From: Epithemia pelagica
Taxonomy: Eukaryota > Protista > Bacillariophyta
Reading direction: 5' to 3'
DNA: 64,000 nucleotides
Assembly (NCBI GenBank): GCA_946965045.2
Contig: OX337239.1
Span: 2,294,001-2,358,000, forward strand
The notes under the pieces are model-generated. The model did no database searches and had not been told where the DNA came from. It saw nothing but the letters and a program-made list of their open reading frames with translations. The first letter of the stretch is position 1; each line of letters opens with the position of its first letter. Below are positions 1 to 10,344 of the stretch, piece after piece. Made by a program: the position numbers and the translations under genes.

Positions 1-1
1 C

Positions 2-1582
2 GAACGCATCTTGCTCGAGGATACGAATGACCAGGACGATACGCCAAAGTCTGGTTCTTCTCCATCTTGGTTGCCCCAAGAACAACCTCGCCGAACGGCG
101 TGTGGTGTCGTGATTCGACCACAACGACCGGGGAATGCGTCGTGGCACCCTTCCACCAACCGCCACAAGACGCACTGCGTCATGGCGACCCGTCACGTGA
201 TTTTGGCCGCCGGTGTCTTGGAATCGCCCGCCTTGTTGGTCGCATCGGGCATTGTCCCCGTCTCGTGTCGGTTTGGTCTCTGCGATCATGTCGTTGTACC
301 CATGGTACGACTCCATCATCCCTGGGACCACCACCACCAGTGCAACAACCACAACAACTCACCACCACACGACCAGAGCCTGAATGGTGTGGCCGAATGG
401 TTTCAATGGGAACAACAACAACAACAAGAAGAACCGCCATCCTCTTGGACGTCTGATGCGAGACCTGCCTCCACGAGTTCGGCTGCACCACCACTGGCAC
501 ACACGTGGACCTTTCAATTGACTCGAATGGATTCCAGTGTGTACGCCGACATTTTACCCGACATGGCCATGGAATTGGTGGTACGATGCTTGTCGTCGTT
601 ATCGTCGTGGCGGAGTGCGTGGCCATTCTCCTCCTCCTCCTTCTTCGTTGGGGGGAAACTCTCGACACTGGTCACGTGGGTGGTGCGTCACTTGGGTTCC
701 TGGTGCTTGCAACCCCACAGCCCGTTCCAGTGGCTCTTGGATACTACCGGTCTGACGGTGTGGACCGTCTTTCTCTTGTCGCCTCATGAACCCCGGGTGG
801 GATCCTTTCAAGTCCAACAACACCAACAAGACGTAGCACGAGCAAACATCCACAAGAACCAACCACAACCACACCATGCGTCGTCGTCGTCAGACCACTA
901 CACTGTGATTCGAAATCGATCGGAACTGGAATTGGACATTGACTTGCACTATTTGCAGTCCCTGGAAGATGTCCAAGCCTATCGACATGCCTGGCCCGTG
1001 GCAGAGCAACTCATTCAATCCCGATCGACTCCTAGTACGACGACTACTACTGCCGGTGGTACTCCAACAACAATGCCCCAGAAAACCACCAATCGCATTG
1101 GAATTGGCTGCTCGGAATCCAATGCTACAAACAAGAACAACAACACGGGACGATCGATTATGGGTGGATGGGAATGTTTCCCGGGTGCCTGGATTCGAAA
1201 GCGTCTGGTACGCTTTGCGGGATGGGCACGTTGGGTTTGTATGCCCTATTATCATTGGTGTGGGAGTTTGACACACACAACACTATCCATCCAGCAGGAG
1301 GATCCACAGCAGCAGCAGCAACAACAAGAGGACAAGTTTGGCACGGAAGCAGCCACAAAACAACACTACACGATGACGACGACAACGAGTCTGGTCTGTC
1401 CCCAGACCTTGCAAATTCAATCGGTGGCGCAATTGAGTGTGTGCGATGCATCCGCGTTCCCCGTCCTTCCACGAGCTCCGACAGCCTTGACGTGTGCTGC
1501 GTTGGGTCATTGGTTGGCCCGTCATTTGTGGCGGTCGTCGCTCGAAACTGGCTGCCACAGCAGCGTTTCGTCCAATGGCTGA
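2..1582 (+). CDS. GMC (glucose-methanol-choline) oxidoreductase family protein, 5' end outside window
   Basis: Open frame from the window edge. GMC motifs: HVILAAGVLESPALLVASGI, LCDHVVVP, YHWCGS, and C-terminal LSVCDASAFPVLPRAPTALTCAALG. Poly-Q/T low-complexity inserts. Confidence 0.8.
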   Translation, partial: ERILLEDTNDQDDTPKSGSSPSWLPQEQPRRTACGVVIRPQRPGNASWHPSTNRHKTHCVMATRHVILAAGVLESPALLVASGIVPVSCRFGLCDHVVVPMVRLHHPWDHHHQCNNHNNSPPHDQSLNGVAEWFQWEQQQQQEEPPSSWTSDARPASTSSAAPPLAHTWTFQLTRMDSSVYADILPDMAMELVVRCLSSLSSWRSAWPFSSSSFFVGGKLSTLVTWVVRHLGSWCLQPHSPFQWLLDTTGLTVWTVFLLSPHEPRVGSFQVQQHQQDVARANIHKNQPQPHHASSSSDHYTVIRNRSELELDIDLHYLQSLEDVQAYRHAWPVAEQLIQSRSTPSTTTTTAGGTPTTMPQKTTNRIGIGCSESNATNKNNNTGRSIMGGWECFPGAWIRKRLVRFAGWARWVCMPYYHWCGSLTHTTLSIQQEDPQQQQQQQEDKFGTEAATKQHYTMTTTTSLVCPQTLQIQSVAQLSVCDASAFPVLPRAPTALTCAALGHWLARHLWRSSLETGCHSSVSSNG

Positions 1583-1748
1583 CCAAAGGACCATCCAAAC
1601 AATCATGGACACATATCAGTCTTCCTCATATCACACGCGTCTGGTGTGAAAAACGCAAGGCGTCATCTGGATATTTATGTGTGTCGGCGCATACTTGGAC
1701 GACCAGCAATATGGGCGCCGTCACCCACATCCACATCCATGAGAGACA

Positions 1749-2312
1749 GTGCCACAAGTTGTGGTGGATCTCATGCAAGATTCCATTGTTCCGGCCTTCT
1801 TTCAAGTATCGGGCTTGAAAGTACAGGGCGACGTGGACCTGGGTCCCTTTAAGCACAAGGTGGACGATGTCATTCCTCATCGCAAGGCCACTTTGAGCAT
1901 CTTTTCCACCTGTCTCGAAACCCTCCCCGGCAGTCTGGACATTGCCTCCTTTGTGCCGGTTTGGGCTCGAGCATTGGGAGATGCCAAAGACATTCAGTTG
2001 CATGCTCATTAAATTGGCATTTCCTTGTGTTCCCGACACCCCTCCTACGTCCGATGCCTTATCGAGCCCTTGGAAAAGACGCTCAAGAAAAGGGCGGGGC
2101 CGAAGCAAGGTCTGGAATTGGAACGATAGAGCGATTGGATCAAGAGTACTTTGCGAGTGGCTGTGGCCGTGAGCAAGGTGGAAGGTGTCATGAGCTCGCA
2201 CCGATTTGCCGAATTCATGGATCGTATTCAAAAGGATGAGAAATTCATGAGCAAGCTCCAGCTCTGGCTGCAGAACAGTAAAATGAGGAATTCTACAGTG
2301 GACGAGACATGA
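1749..2312 (+). pseudogene. CAND1: CAND1/TIP120 C-terminal fragment, pseudogene
   Basis: One frame reads VPQVVVDLMQDSIVPAF..VDLGPFKHKVDD..RKATLSIFSTCLE..LGDAKDIQLHAH*IGISLC..LIEPLEKTLKK..ELER*SDWIKSTLRV..FAEFMDRIQ, matching the CAND1 C-terminus (EMGPFKHTVDD..RKAAF..LVEPL). In-frame stops TAA 2010-2012 and TAG 2127-2129. No upstream HEAT repeats. Confidence 0.8.
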
Positions 2313-2462
2313 TCGTGGTAAAGGGTGTGTAGTACGTCTTTGTAGTTTCGGGACGAGAGAGATATAGACAAGGCTTCCACTAAACATGAATTACACTAGT
2401 AGTGTACGTTGCTGGAGAACAAAAGTCGTTTCGTATGCCTCCATGGCATGCGAACTGCCACC

Positions 2463-2876
2463 CTAGATTCCTTGGGCGAAGTTTTGTTCATGCCGAAGCC
2501 GAGGCTCATTAATCTCTTTCAGAGTGCGGTTGTTGGACAAGAATGTCGATACTTTTTCGATGCGTTCATCTGATGATTTGGTGATTTCGCATGATTCGGT
2601 ATTTTCTTTGTACAACTGGTTCTCTTCTTCGTACTTTTTAATCAAATCGTCTTTCAACTGGTTCAATTTTCGGTATAATTCGATATTTTTGTTCTTCAAC
2701 TGGTTCGCTTCTTCGTACTCTTTAATTAGATCGTCTTTCGTCTGGTTCATTTCCATCAGATAGCGGAAAAGAAGACCCACCGCTACGCAAAGGAAGATTT
2801 TCATCTTCATGTCATTCATTTCGACAATCAGGAGGAACACGAGCAAAATTAACGCGACAGTCACTGTCGTCTTCAT
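2463..2876 (-). CDS. Hypothetical small membrane-anchored coiled-coil protein (137 aa)
   Basis: ATG-started ORF with two N-terminal hydrophobic stretches and an internal 28-aa duplication (NQTKDDLIKEYEEANQL / NQLKDDLIKKYEEENQL). No family recognised. Confidence 0.4.
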   Translation of the reverse strand: MKTTVTVALILLVFLLIVEMNDMKMKIFLCVAVGLLFRYLMEMNQTKDDLIKEYEEANQLKNKNIELYRKLNQLKDDLIKKYEEENQLYKENTESCEITKSSDERIEKVSTFLSNNRTLKEINEPRLRHEQNFAQGI

Positions 2877-4490
2877 TTTTAGAGACTGATTCGCTTCTGC
2901 AAAAAACGCATGAGCAAATACAGGTTAGGAAATAACCAAAAGAGAACAATCAATTGCATTCCGGGAACAAAGGCCGTCAAGGCTTCCAAGACTTGTCGTC
3001 CCACCACACGAGCGCCCGCTTGCATCCAGAAGCACAAACTTACATTGAACGCTTGAATGGAACAGAAATCGCAATGCAATGAAAATAAAAAAGTGACCAT
3101 AAAAAGGTGGAGAAAAGTGTGGACGGGCGCGCGCCTGTCCTATCGCAGGAAGGAGGACCCCAAGAAAGGAAACAAAAGACGACAATCAAACGAACCTTGT
3201 CCAGACACATCATGGAAGTATCGATTATCGATCCCTATTAGAATGAAGTTTGATTGTTGTAAAATTGGTGGTGAATCCGTCCATTTTGGATGACTTTCTC
3301 ATGGTCTATCCACAGCTTCCCATCTTCCTTTTCTGCTTTGGAAGCAGGCGCGGATCAGAAATCAACTCCCCATGTCGTCAGCCACGTGCCCGGATGAGTT
3401 TTTATCATAGTCCTCGCGCATACCCGTTTCCAGCCATGCGCGTCAACATGTGCGCTTGTGAAATTTTGGTACCGTCTCATTTTTCTCGAATCTTGAACCA
3501 TACGCACACAGTGACCATGGCGGCATGTTCCAACGGGCATCGTGTTGCAGCGCTTCTGACGGTGGAAGGTGTGTTAGTGTCGGTGTTTATCCAAAACACG
3601 AACGTCCTTTCTTCCTTGGGATGGAAAGCAATGTCTCTAAGCGGCCAAACGACGACGGTCATGGATCCTACTACAATAGAGCTCCGACGTGGACTATTAC
3701 AACTACTACGACGACGACCAATCCGGAACCCAGCGACAACGCGCAAGACGGCGATTGTCGACACGGGGAGTCATTCATTGTTATACGGACTTTCCATGCA
3801 AGGGATGTCGCAATTGTGGCCGTTCGCATCCTAAAGATCCATACTTGAATCCGACCCACTCGGAAACCTTTGTCTTTTCGTGTCAAATGCGAAACCAGCA
3901 GTAAGTGTCATTTTTCGCAAGCCAATACCTAGGGATGCCATCATTCGAGCGAAGGATCCGTTTTGTTGTGGAGGATCTGTGATGTCCTGGATTCTGTCGA
4001 TCCCATGCATCAACAATATTCCATTGATATCATGTTTGAATGCATGACCAGTGATGAACAAAACGATCCATCAAGAAATGGAGGGTGGAAAATGCCACTC
4101 GGCCTGCCCATACAACTTCCTCAAATGAAACATGATTGGCATATCAGGAAAGCACAACACCAGCAGCGCTCAAGTACTCGTGGTTTGGGCGGTGGGATCG
4201 TTAACTGTTGTACCATTAGTCTCCCTGGAGAAGCAGCTACTCTCTAGCTATTGGAGCTTCGTGTCGATTGACGACCGTAATTGCCCGATTTGATGGAGCA
4301 TTAGGTATTAGTGGTCGGTGCTCGATAACTGCACCCGCCACTACCGTTGTTGTGCTCATCTAGAGAGAGAACCATGGGAACTACTTCTCTCCTTTGGACT
4401 GTATTCACCACATTTACCTCTAGGAGAGCCCACGAAAAACGCGACACATTGGAATCGATAAATAATAAAAATAGAATCTCATAATTGCCT

Positions 4491-6916
4491 TTACGCTACT
4501 GCCACTTCTTCCGTAGCTTCTTCTTCCGACTCTTCTTCGGGGTCCACCCACATGTCGTATTCCTTGATCAAATCCACCAAGGCATCCACGGCTTCGTCGT
4601 TCGGGACGCTCTTGCGGACCACTTCCTTTCCGTAATACAAGTCCACCTTGCCGGGAATGGTTCCCACATAGCCAAAATCGGCATCGGCCATTTCTCCAGG
4701 ACCATTCACAATGCACCCCATGACGGCAATCGTCACACCGGCCAAATGACCTGTCGCCTTTTGAATACCCGCCGTCGTTTCTTGCAAATCAAACAAGGTT
4801 CGACCACACGACGGACACGAGACAAATTCTGTCTTCGTACTACGCATACGACTTCCTTGCAACAAGCCAAAGGATGTTCGGCGCAACACGTCCAAGGACA
4901 AACCCGTGGCGGCATCTCCTATTGGTTCCACCATGATTCCATCGCCATTGCCATCCGTCAATTGAGCGCCAACCTTGGTTCCCATTTGCAAGGCCAATTC
5001 ATTCGTATCGTTCGTGTCGGTAATGTAATGATGAATCACGGCCGTCTCAATGTCATGGTCCTTGAATACTTGCATGACACGTCGACTGGAGTGCAAATGA
5101 GACAATTCCGGGCTCGGACACAAAAAGACGGCCATGGGATTCAAGTCCTTAATCTTGATCAAGGTTTCTTCACTTTCCGTCCCGTCGACCGAAACAGCCA
5201 AACGAATGGCACCCGACGGCAAGGCGCCGTCCTTGTCCAAGGCATCTTGGAGACTCATAAAGGCCACGGCATTGGGCAAGGGATCTTTTTCCAATTCTTC
5301 GGCCGGCACAATCACGCCGACACTCACTTCCAAGAGTCGACGAATCGCGGTCCGGGCGGCCGTGTCGGAACTGGGCGGGAGGCTTCTCATGAAAATGGAA
5401 TCCGACGTGGCAATGTCCCTAAAGGGCATGCCCACGGCCGTCTTGCAGCCCAATTCTTGGTACAAGTACTGGACATTTTCGGCGGCAAACATTTCGGGTG
5501 TTACAACCGAAACCACGGATCCATCGCGATTCAAAAAGCCTCGTACATCCACGGCATCTCCCTCTTGTTGCGCCGGCAACTCACCATGACGACGTGCAAA
5601 AGAGGTAATGTCGCGCGTATCGGTGTAGGGCAAGACAGCCTCTTGATGCTGTTTCGCCACGGGATTTTCCGAGGCCACCATGCCTTCGGCCAGTTCCGCC
5701 AAACGATTGCAGGGTTCGTATTCAAATTCAGGATCTTCCGTCAAGGATACTCGGACCGTGTCGCCCAACCCATCGGCCAAAAGGGTACCAATTCCAATGG
5801 CGGACTTCATGCGACCATCTTCACCTTCTCCTGCCTCAGTGACACCCAAATGCATTGGATAATCCCATCCCATGCGGTACATTTCTCCCGCCAATAGACG
5901 GTAGGATTGCACCATGACCAGAGGGTTACTCGCCTTCATGGAAAAGACAAAGTTGTGGAAATCCAGACTACGACAAATATCAGCAAATTCAATGGCTGAC
6001 TCCACCATACCACGAGGAGTATCACCGTAAAAAGACAAAACACGAGCCGACAAGGAGCCGTGATTGGTTCCAATTCGCATACATCGCTCCAAGTCTCTGC
6101 ATTTTTGAACCAAAGGTTCCAAGGCTTCAATCAAAAAGGCACGTTCTGACGCATACTCTTCTTCCGTCTCATAGACCTTTTCTTCAAAGCTTTTTCGTCC
6201 ATCGACAAAATTTCCAGGGTTGATACGAATCTTTTCCACAGCATCGGCAACCATCAACGCCACCTTTGGTTGAAAATGCATATCGGCACACAGAGGAATG
6301 TCATATCCCTTCTTGAACAACCCTTCACGAATTTTCATACAAGCAGAAGCTTCTCGTTTCCCTTGCACTGTAACGCGAACCAAATCAAAGCCCTTGTCGG
6401 CACATCGAATCACTTGCTCAATGGTCGCATCCACGTCCGAAGTATCCGTCGTGGCCATGGTTTGTCGCACAATGGGATGGTCCGATCCAAAATTGATGGG
6501 TCCACACGTCACGGTACGAGTCTTTCGACGTTGCACTTGGTGCAAATCTTCGCAGTACTTTTGAATGGGACCATAAATTTCGTCGCGTTCCCCCGTCTTG
6601 ATGGAAGGTGTCCATTTCACATCGGCCATGGTCGAAGACTGGTGTTGGGAGTTTCCGTCAAATCATGCGTTCATTCAAGAAAAACATGTGGTCAGTCGGT
6701 TCATCCGAAACACACAGTGTCGTCCGTCGTTTTGGTCACATTCGAGTCGATCTATCCATCTACGACATTTGAAATTGCAGTGGACCATACCACACTTACC
6801 ATGGACAAAAAGGATGGTCGTTTCGACGAGGGGTTGGCCACAAAGGCATTCGTCAAGACAAAGGCATGAACGCCCAAAGCGATCATGGTATGACTTATCG
6901 TGGAAGAGAGCACCAT
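4491..6916 (-). CDS. ispG: (E)-4-hydroxy-3-methylbut-2-enyl-diphosphate synthase (MEP pathway), plastid-targeted; exons 6800-6916 and 4491-6638
   Basis: Motifs IVRQTMATTDT, IRINPGN, RIGTNHGSLS, HLGVTEAG..GRMKSAIGIG, SCPSCGRT, MGCIVNGPGE. Phase-0 intron 6639-6799 (GTAAGT...CAG). Exon 1 encodes a signal peptide ending TNA|FVA (ASAFAP-type). Confidence 0.95.
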
Positions 6917-7393
6917 GGTATTGAGTTGTGTGGATGAATGCACTACAAACAAACCACGAGGACACTTTCTTAATCACGTTGTACCCTCTCCAAAGAACAA
7001 ACAACAAAATCTCCAAACCTCACCACAGTCTATTGCTTCTCCCTCTCTTGGTGCATACGTCAACTTGCCATCTCAAAACCCGGAGGTACATCATCTCGAC
7101 ACAACCCAGAGAGGGAAAAACTTCCACGTAGCACCAAGCGAATTGAGTTCGAACGGGATCCCGTGGGACTGACGCGGGGGTGTGACGCAAGTACTGCTGA
7201 GGCGAACTCGAATCTCCCGAAATCCACGAATCTTCTCTGCCTACTACCTACCCACCGATTACCGCACTAAGGCCAATCCTTTAGCTCGCAAAACCAAATC
7301 AAAATTTCGTGCACGTCAGCATTTTGCGTCACGTTGACGTCATATATCCGGGTAAAAGAGCATTTCCGGATTTGTTCCAACCAATCCAGAACT

Positions 7394-7417
7394 CTGGATT
7401 TGTTCGAACAAATCCAG
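7394..7417. repeat. 24-bp perfect palindrome inside the MITE
   Basis: CTGGATTTGTTCGAACAAATCCAG is its own reverse complement. Related GGATTTG/CAAATCC motifs recur at 7370, 7649 and 14534. Confidence 0.85.
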
Positions 7418-7829
7418 GAAATTCATTAGGGATAGTGTTTTACTTATGCTAGTGTAGAGGCTGCCTACAGTTTCGAATATGTCAGGCGGGCGTTCGACAT
7501 GGTGGGCGGGCGTGACACATGATGGACGGGCGTTCGACTTCAACGGTATCCTTGCGCTTCCTCAGTACCCAAAAGTTTTAGTACTCAATTTTTCTAAGTG
7601 AAGGGTGGGGGAGGATGGGGGACAGGATTCGAAAAGGCGCGGTCTTTTGGATTTGTTTTGCGAATGCGTAAGGACCAGGGTATTGAAGTTAGAAATACTC
7701 TACTCAATTATAACTATGAACTTTAAGTCGTCTATTTTATACGTCATAACTTAACTCCATCGTAATAGTCAATCATTCAGTACATCAAATTAATTACCAA
7801 CTATAAGTCTTTGAATACATATATCTAAT

Positions 7830-8215
7830 TTCACTTATGACTTAAAGCCAATCATGTAACGATGCTAATTTCACTTTGACTTTTTCTGACTCAGAGGATA
7901 CATCCATGACTTAGCACTAAGTGACTTAATCACACGTAATCAGTCCATGACTTCACTTCGCTAGACGAAGTCAAGTCACATACTGTCATGACTTCACTTC
8001 ATGATCGAAGTCACTACCAACAGCCCCCTGACTTAACTTTTTTCTCCAAAAATTGCTTACGAAATTAACTTAATCATAGAAAAAAGTTTGACTTTAATCA
8101 CCTACTTAAATCACTGATTTCAATGAGTATCTATCAGTTAACAGTGTCAAGCGACGCTCACATTCGCCCTTGACCATCTCATACAGCGAACGGCGACACA
8201 CTCCCAAGTCACAAC
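7830..8215. repeat. Subterminal TGACTT/AAGTCA motif array of the hAT element
   Basis: About a dozen TGACTT or AAGTCA hexamers in both orientations within ~400 bp. The right end (14100-14500) has fewer copies plus many TGATTT variants. Confidence 0.65.
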
Positions 8216-8249
8216 ACCCTCAACCCTTCATTGCAAATAGCAGCAAGCC

Positions 8250-10169
8250 ATGTTTCTGTCCATTTCCGTGAAACTTTTACCTGATCACTTCATCCGCCAT
8301 ATTCCATCGTCACTAGTGGCTCTTATTGAAAAGACAACTAAGAAACAAAAAGACCAATCAACAGATGGAAGTGCTTCAGTGGAAGATGTCGTTCAAGCTT
8401 GGTTGAATGAAAGTGGCACTTCGATTACTGTCACGAAACAACAAACAGCACCCACCTGTCTATGCTCCCCTCCCCAGACGTGTATTCTCTGTCAAAACTA
8501 CAACAACTCCATCGTCAAAGACGAGAAGAACAACTCCATTGTCAAAGACGAGATTCTTAAGCTTCTCTGCACCTCCACTTCTTGGGAAAATTGCTCTCCA
8601 CCTGAAATACATCATGACGACACATTACTTCACGTTATACTTCGATACAAGTTTGGAATTGATATACAAAGGGACTCTACCTACCAAGATCTCAAACGGT
8701 TCGTGTACATCAATCTCACCGGATGCCCAGATGCAAGACAGCTAGTTCGTTGTTGGTTCCTTCGCAATAATGTGAAACTGGCACTCAATGTACTGGGCCG
8801 TGATGGTTGCCAACTTCGACCTGAATCAATTCCCATGAAACCAATTCTGGATATTCTTTCGGCCGAACTTCAAAAACTTACGAGCTCAAGCCCTCCCTTG
8901 ACACGCCTTGTCTCTACCATCACACCCTCTCAAACCTCCCGAACCGAATTCTGCACTCAATCAACAGACACGCAAACAATGAAAACTCGAGAGACCACCG
9001 GCATTCCTACTCCTACTTGTACTCCTGACCCTTCCACGGAACCCAAAATGCCCCACACTCCAACAATCACGGAACAACAACCTGCCCCAATAGTCACACC
9101 TGAGTCGCCTACTCCCCACAGGAAGTCCATGGACTGTCCAAGCCTTTCGAAACAGCGCGTTACAAAACGCCACACCTCTGAACAAAAGCCAACAAAACAG
9201 AGTACAAATCGGTCACTTCTCCCTTTTACTAAACGAAACACCCGAAATTCCGTGTCCAAAAAAGCCAAACTCTTGCTTGCAGGATCTTCAGCAAAAACCA
9301 AAATCAAGTACAATAATGGAGAACGACACATGCCAGGGGACCCAGTAAAGTACTCTCCAATGACGACGTTGAAAAATTTACGTTCTATGACCATTGATGA
9401 AACGAAGAAAAACCGTTTGATTGCATCCTTCCAAGACCTGTGTGCATTTCATCAAGGTTTGACAAAGACGCCTGCGTTCTCAATGCCCCGAGATACATGG
9501 CAGGAATGGATCGACAAATCATGTCACGACGACGACGGCGACAGCATTGTTTACGACCGGGCATTTATGTGCCTAATGGTCATTCTGATGAGTTCGAGCA
9601 CTGCAGACTCACAACTTGCGGTACTTGTCCCACGATTATTCTCTACTGGTTTGACATCTGCAACAGACGTCATCGAATTTGCCAAAATGTATGGTATGGA
9701 CGTCTTATGCTCCTTATTGACGTCCACTGGGAGATTTTACCAAAATGCAGAACGCATTGTCAATGCAGCTGACCACTTTGTTTCCCTGCATGGTGGAATC
9801 ATCCCCCCAAACATCTCTGTTGAGGAAATCGGTACTTTATTCGGAGTTGGCTACAAAACGGCCAACATTGTCATCACATATGCTTTTGATCGCATGGATG
9901 GTATCCCTGCAGATATACACGTAATCCGTTGGGCAGTCCATCTTGGGTGGGTACCGCACAATTGCACTGACGGCTACGAATGTTCAAAGGCCATCGAAGA
10001 ATGGTTGCCAAAGAACTATTGGCACAAGGTAAATCCCGTGTTTGGGTCTTTGGGGCAGATGGTCAATACCCAAACAATTCCATTCCGTACCCTTCTTGAA
10101 TCCAAGCAGGTGCAACCTCCTGAGGTTGCTCGACTTTGTTTGTCTATCTTTAAGAAATATGGCCACTAA
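8250..10169 (+). CDS. Transposon-borne HhH-GPD (Endonuclease III/NTH-like) DNA glycosylase/AP lyase with an unknown N-terminal domain (639 aa)
   Basis: LMVILMSSSTAD, GRFYQNAERI, HhH motif TLFGVGYKTANIV (Lys536), GIPADIHVIRW (Asp555), EEWLPKNYWHKVNPVFGSLGQ, as in eukaryotic NTH1. No C-terminal Fe-S cysteine motif. Lies between the hAT TIRs. Confidence 0.85.
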   Translation: MFLSISVKLLPDHFIRHIPSSLVALIEKTTKKQKDQSTDGSASVEDVVQAWLNESGTSITVTKQQTAPTCLCSPPQTCILCQNYNNSIVKDEKNNSIVKDEILKLLCTSTSWENCSPPEIHHDDTLLHVILRYKFGIDIQRDSTYQDLKRFVYINLTGCPDARQLVRCWFLRNNVKLALNVLGRDGCQLRPESIPMKPILDILSAELQKLTSSSPPLTRLVSTITPSQTSRTEFCTQSTDTQTMKTRETTGIPTPTCTPDPSTEPKMPHTPTITEQQPAPIVTPESPTPHRKSMDCPSLSKQRVTKRHTSEQKPTKQSTNRSLLPFTKRNTRNSVSKKAKLLLAGSSAKTKIKYNNGERHMPGDPVKYSPMTTLKNLRSMTIDETKKNRLIASFQDLCAFHQGLTKTPAFSMPRDTWQEWIDKSCHDDDGDSIVYDRAFMCLMVILMSSSTADSQLAVLVPRLFSTGLTSATDVIEFAKMYGMDVLCSLLTSTGRFYQNAERIVNAADHFVSLHGGIIPPNISVEEIGTLFGVGYKTANIVITYAFDRMDGIPADIHVIRWAVHLGWVPHNCTDGYECSKAIEEWLPKNYWHKVNPVFGSLGQMVNTQTIPFRTLLESKQVQPPEVARLCLSIFKKYGH

Positions 10170-10263
10170 ATACCGTTCATTGTTAGTTACTTATCATAAT
10201 ATGTATTCGTTTATCAGTCTTCGCTTTGTTTATTCAAATTCATATTCTGTGCTCCTCCTTGCT

Positions 10264-10344
10264 GATTGCCTGATGTAGGGGGTGGAGCTTTTCTTTTCCG
10301 ACTAGATTGCCTGATGTGTGGGTGGAGCTTTTCTTTTCCGACTA
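10264..10344. repeat. Tandem ~40-bp duplication spanning the transposase stop codon
   Basis: GATTGCCTGATGT(AGG/GT)GGGTGGAGCTTTTCTTTTCCGACTA occurs twice (10264-10304, 10305-10344). Confidence 0.9.

Noticed and set aside
3200-4300. Several medium ORFs that look like decayed coding sequence
   Set aside because: No family motif recognised in any frame and frequent stops; cannot be supported without a search.
4485-5897. Long 470-aa plus-strand ORF, and similar long antisense ORFs elsewhere
   Set aside because: Shadow frames of real genes on the opposite strand, with no recognisable motifs.
7130-7200. Possible tRNA gene (GTTCGAA motif)
   Set aside because: No cloverleaf or A-box can be formed around it.
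8250-10169. Calling the cargo protein a DEMETER/ROS1 orthologue because of AVHLGWVP
   Set aside because: The downstream EEWLPK..W..VNP..G.GQ block and SSxTxD motif are NTH1-type, and there is no Fe-S or DME C-terminal domain. 5mC activity remains a hypothesis only.
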